Of a stretch of DNA of 64,000 nucleotides, positions 62,379-64,000 are shown one piece after another. The stretch is from positions 1 to 64,000 of the forward strand of contig CAWJTV010000018.1 of assembly GCA_963845755.1 (NCBI GenBank), read 5' to 3'. The stretch is from an uncultured Planctomycetota bacterium (GTDB lineage: Bacteria; Planctomycetota; Planctomycetia; Isosphaerales; Isosphaeraceae). The notes beneath the pieces are model-generated. The model worked only from the letters and a program-made list of their open reading frames with translations, was not told the DNA's origin and made no database searches. A program made the translations under genes and the position numbers. Every line of letters begins with the position of its first letter. Position 1 is the first letter of the stretch.

Positions 62379-64000
62379 TCATCGTCTCAAGACTCCCTGC
62401 GTCCTGGTCGCGCGACCCTGTCTCCATCCGATCGCCGCCAGGCCCAGTCCGCCCGCCAGCAGGGTTGGACCTCCGGTCAATGCGGCGCCCCCCAGGACGA
62501 GGGCCATCGCGGCGGCGCAGGCCGTTCGGTAGCCGGACCAGAAGGTGGCGGCGATGGCGGCCGTTACCAGCAGGAGTACGGCGATCGCGGAGCGGTTGAT
62601 GGACGGATCCAGCCTCGGGACGATCCGCCGGTCCTCGAGCGTCAACGCGGCCTGCGACGACGTGTCATCGGTCCCCTTGGTGATCCCTATCATCGCGGTC
62701 GGCTTGCCGAAGGCCCGGATCCGGCCGAGCGACATGGGCTCGGGGATACCAGCCGCGGGACGACTGGCGCCGGCTGCCGATTCCCCCAGGTAACTCCGGG
62801 CCGCTTCCTGGTCTTCCCGCAGTCCGGCGGAGGCCACCGCATCGGCCAGGGCGGTGCGCCGACGGAACCCTCTCGAGGTCCGGATCGCTGGGCGTCCGGA
62901 CACGTCCGGACTCGCGCCACGAGGCGCTCCGCACGGCGCCGCGGAGGGCCAGTTCATGATTGATCAAGAGCGAGACCAGTCGGTTGTGATCGCGCCCGGA
63001 ACTGCGGTCGAGCTGGGCGAGGATACTCCGGATCGACTGCGAAATCCAATCGGCGCGGGCCATCTCGAGTCGCGTCATCGTGGTGGACTCGAAGCCTGCG
63101 GGAAGTCCCGCAACGGCCACCCCGGGCGGTGTGAACACCTCCAGGAAGGACCTCGAAGGCCCGACGCCTACCTTCGGTAGAACGGCCGGCCAGTCGCTCG
63201 ACCGGGACACGCGGGGTGTAAGAAGGCCATTGGTCTTCCAGATGAGGAAGATCCGGTCCTCACGCCGCGCATCCAGGACGATCGACCACCTGCCGGGCGC
63301 GATCGGAAGGGGATGGTAGGATTGGAATCGACGGCCGCCCAGAGGATTGCGCTGTCGGCTGGAAGCTCGATCGTCAGCAGGCGGCCGCTGTCGCGAACCG
63401 TCTCGTAGACCGCGCAGCCGAGGATCGACCGATCGGGCATGACAGTCATCATGAGGTCCGCAATCGCGACCTTGGCGGCATCGTCCTGCGACATGCCCGA
63501 TTCGGGGAATCCCCGCGGCAATCGCTGACGTAGGACCCACGACGGCCTACGCACCCAGTAGGCGCCGGCTGCCGATCCGTGATCTCGGACGAACTCCTTC
63601 GCCTGGAAGTGCATGGCCGGATCGATCTTCTGCAAACCAATGGACTCCTCGGAAGTTAACGGGTAGCCGGTCGCGTTCACGATGGCCAGGTAGGCATCGA
63701 AGGCCCCGTTCCCGCGCGGCACGATCTCGGGATAGACGATGTCGCCGTCGGCCGGCAACGGGCGCTTCGAACGGACGACTAGCCGATGCGAGCCCCAGAG
63801 GGGACGCCTCGGAGTGATCATCCAGCGCACGAAAGGTCCTCGGATCTCGGATGTCAACTGGAAGTTTTCTCCGGAGAGATGAAGCTTCGCCTCGTCGGCC
63901 CACGCTAAAGGGATCTCCAGCAGGATCGACTCGAGCGCGCCTCCCATGACGTCATAGCGCAGGACGGCCACCCATTGGGCGGAGTCCGGGAAGAGCGTCA
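62379..64000 (-). CDS. C-terminal part of a large hypothetical membrane protein (frameshifted; begins beyond the window)
   Basis: Consecutive minus-strand protein-like ORFs 63168..63971, 62665..63540 and 62379..62957, ending in TM segments. Confidence 0.65.

Noticed and set aside
1..64000. Programmed frameshifting or mass pseudogenisation
   Set aside because: Indels hit many unrelated genes (cytochrome b, devBC, kinases, YncE), often in homopolymer runs. Sequencing error is more parsimonious but cannot be proven without reads.

Overview
This is GC-rich bacterial DNA, most likely from a planctomycete (Isosphaeraceae-like). That call is inferred from the DUF1549/DUF1553 + DUF1501 pair, a TIGR03067-type protein, LEPR-XLL-type N-termini and several Hanks kinases. 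Single-base frameshifts are common even in housekeeping-type genes, which suggests uncorrected long-read indels, so many CDS calls below are joined across frames. Bases ~1-22 kb are an accessory, mobile-DNA-rich region. It holds an IS4 with a 10-bp TSD that interrupts a lower-GC gene, a ~740-bp tandem duplication, two toxin-antitoxin modules, an IS110 remnant, GT61/FkbM genes and several MITE/REP families. It also holds a compact 2.0-kb element encoding only a large serine recombinase and a 70-aa ORF, bounded by 17-bp inverted repeats and inserted precisely into a REP hairpin. Recurrent stuttered GGGGAC/GGGGTC inverted 'arm' motifs sit at gene-truncation junctions. Bases ~22-64 kb are mostly core or metabolic. 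They include an OmpR two-component cluster with a visible shared operator, a divergent pair of paralogous secreted proteins (PEP-CTERM vs LEPR-XLL type), a kinase-FGE gene, a Septu/PtuAB-like ATPase + HNH pair, DevBC, Rieske/cytochrome b-c, pectate lyase, nrnA, phhB, panB, malQ and DUF1549/1553-DUF1501. No rRNA, tRNA or CRISPR array was recognised. All family assignments come from motif recognition by eye; no searches were run.
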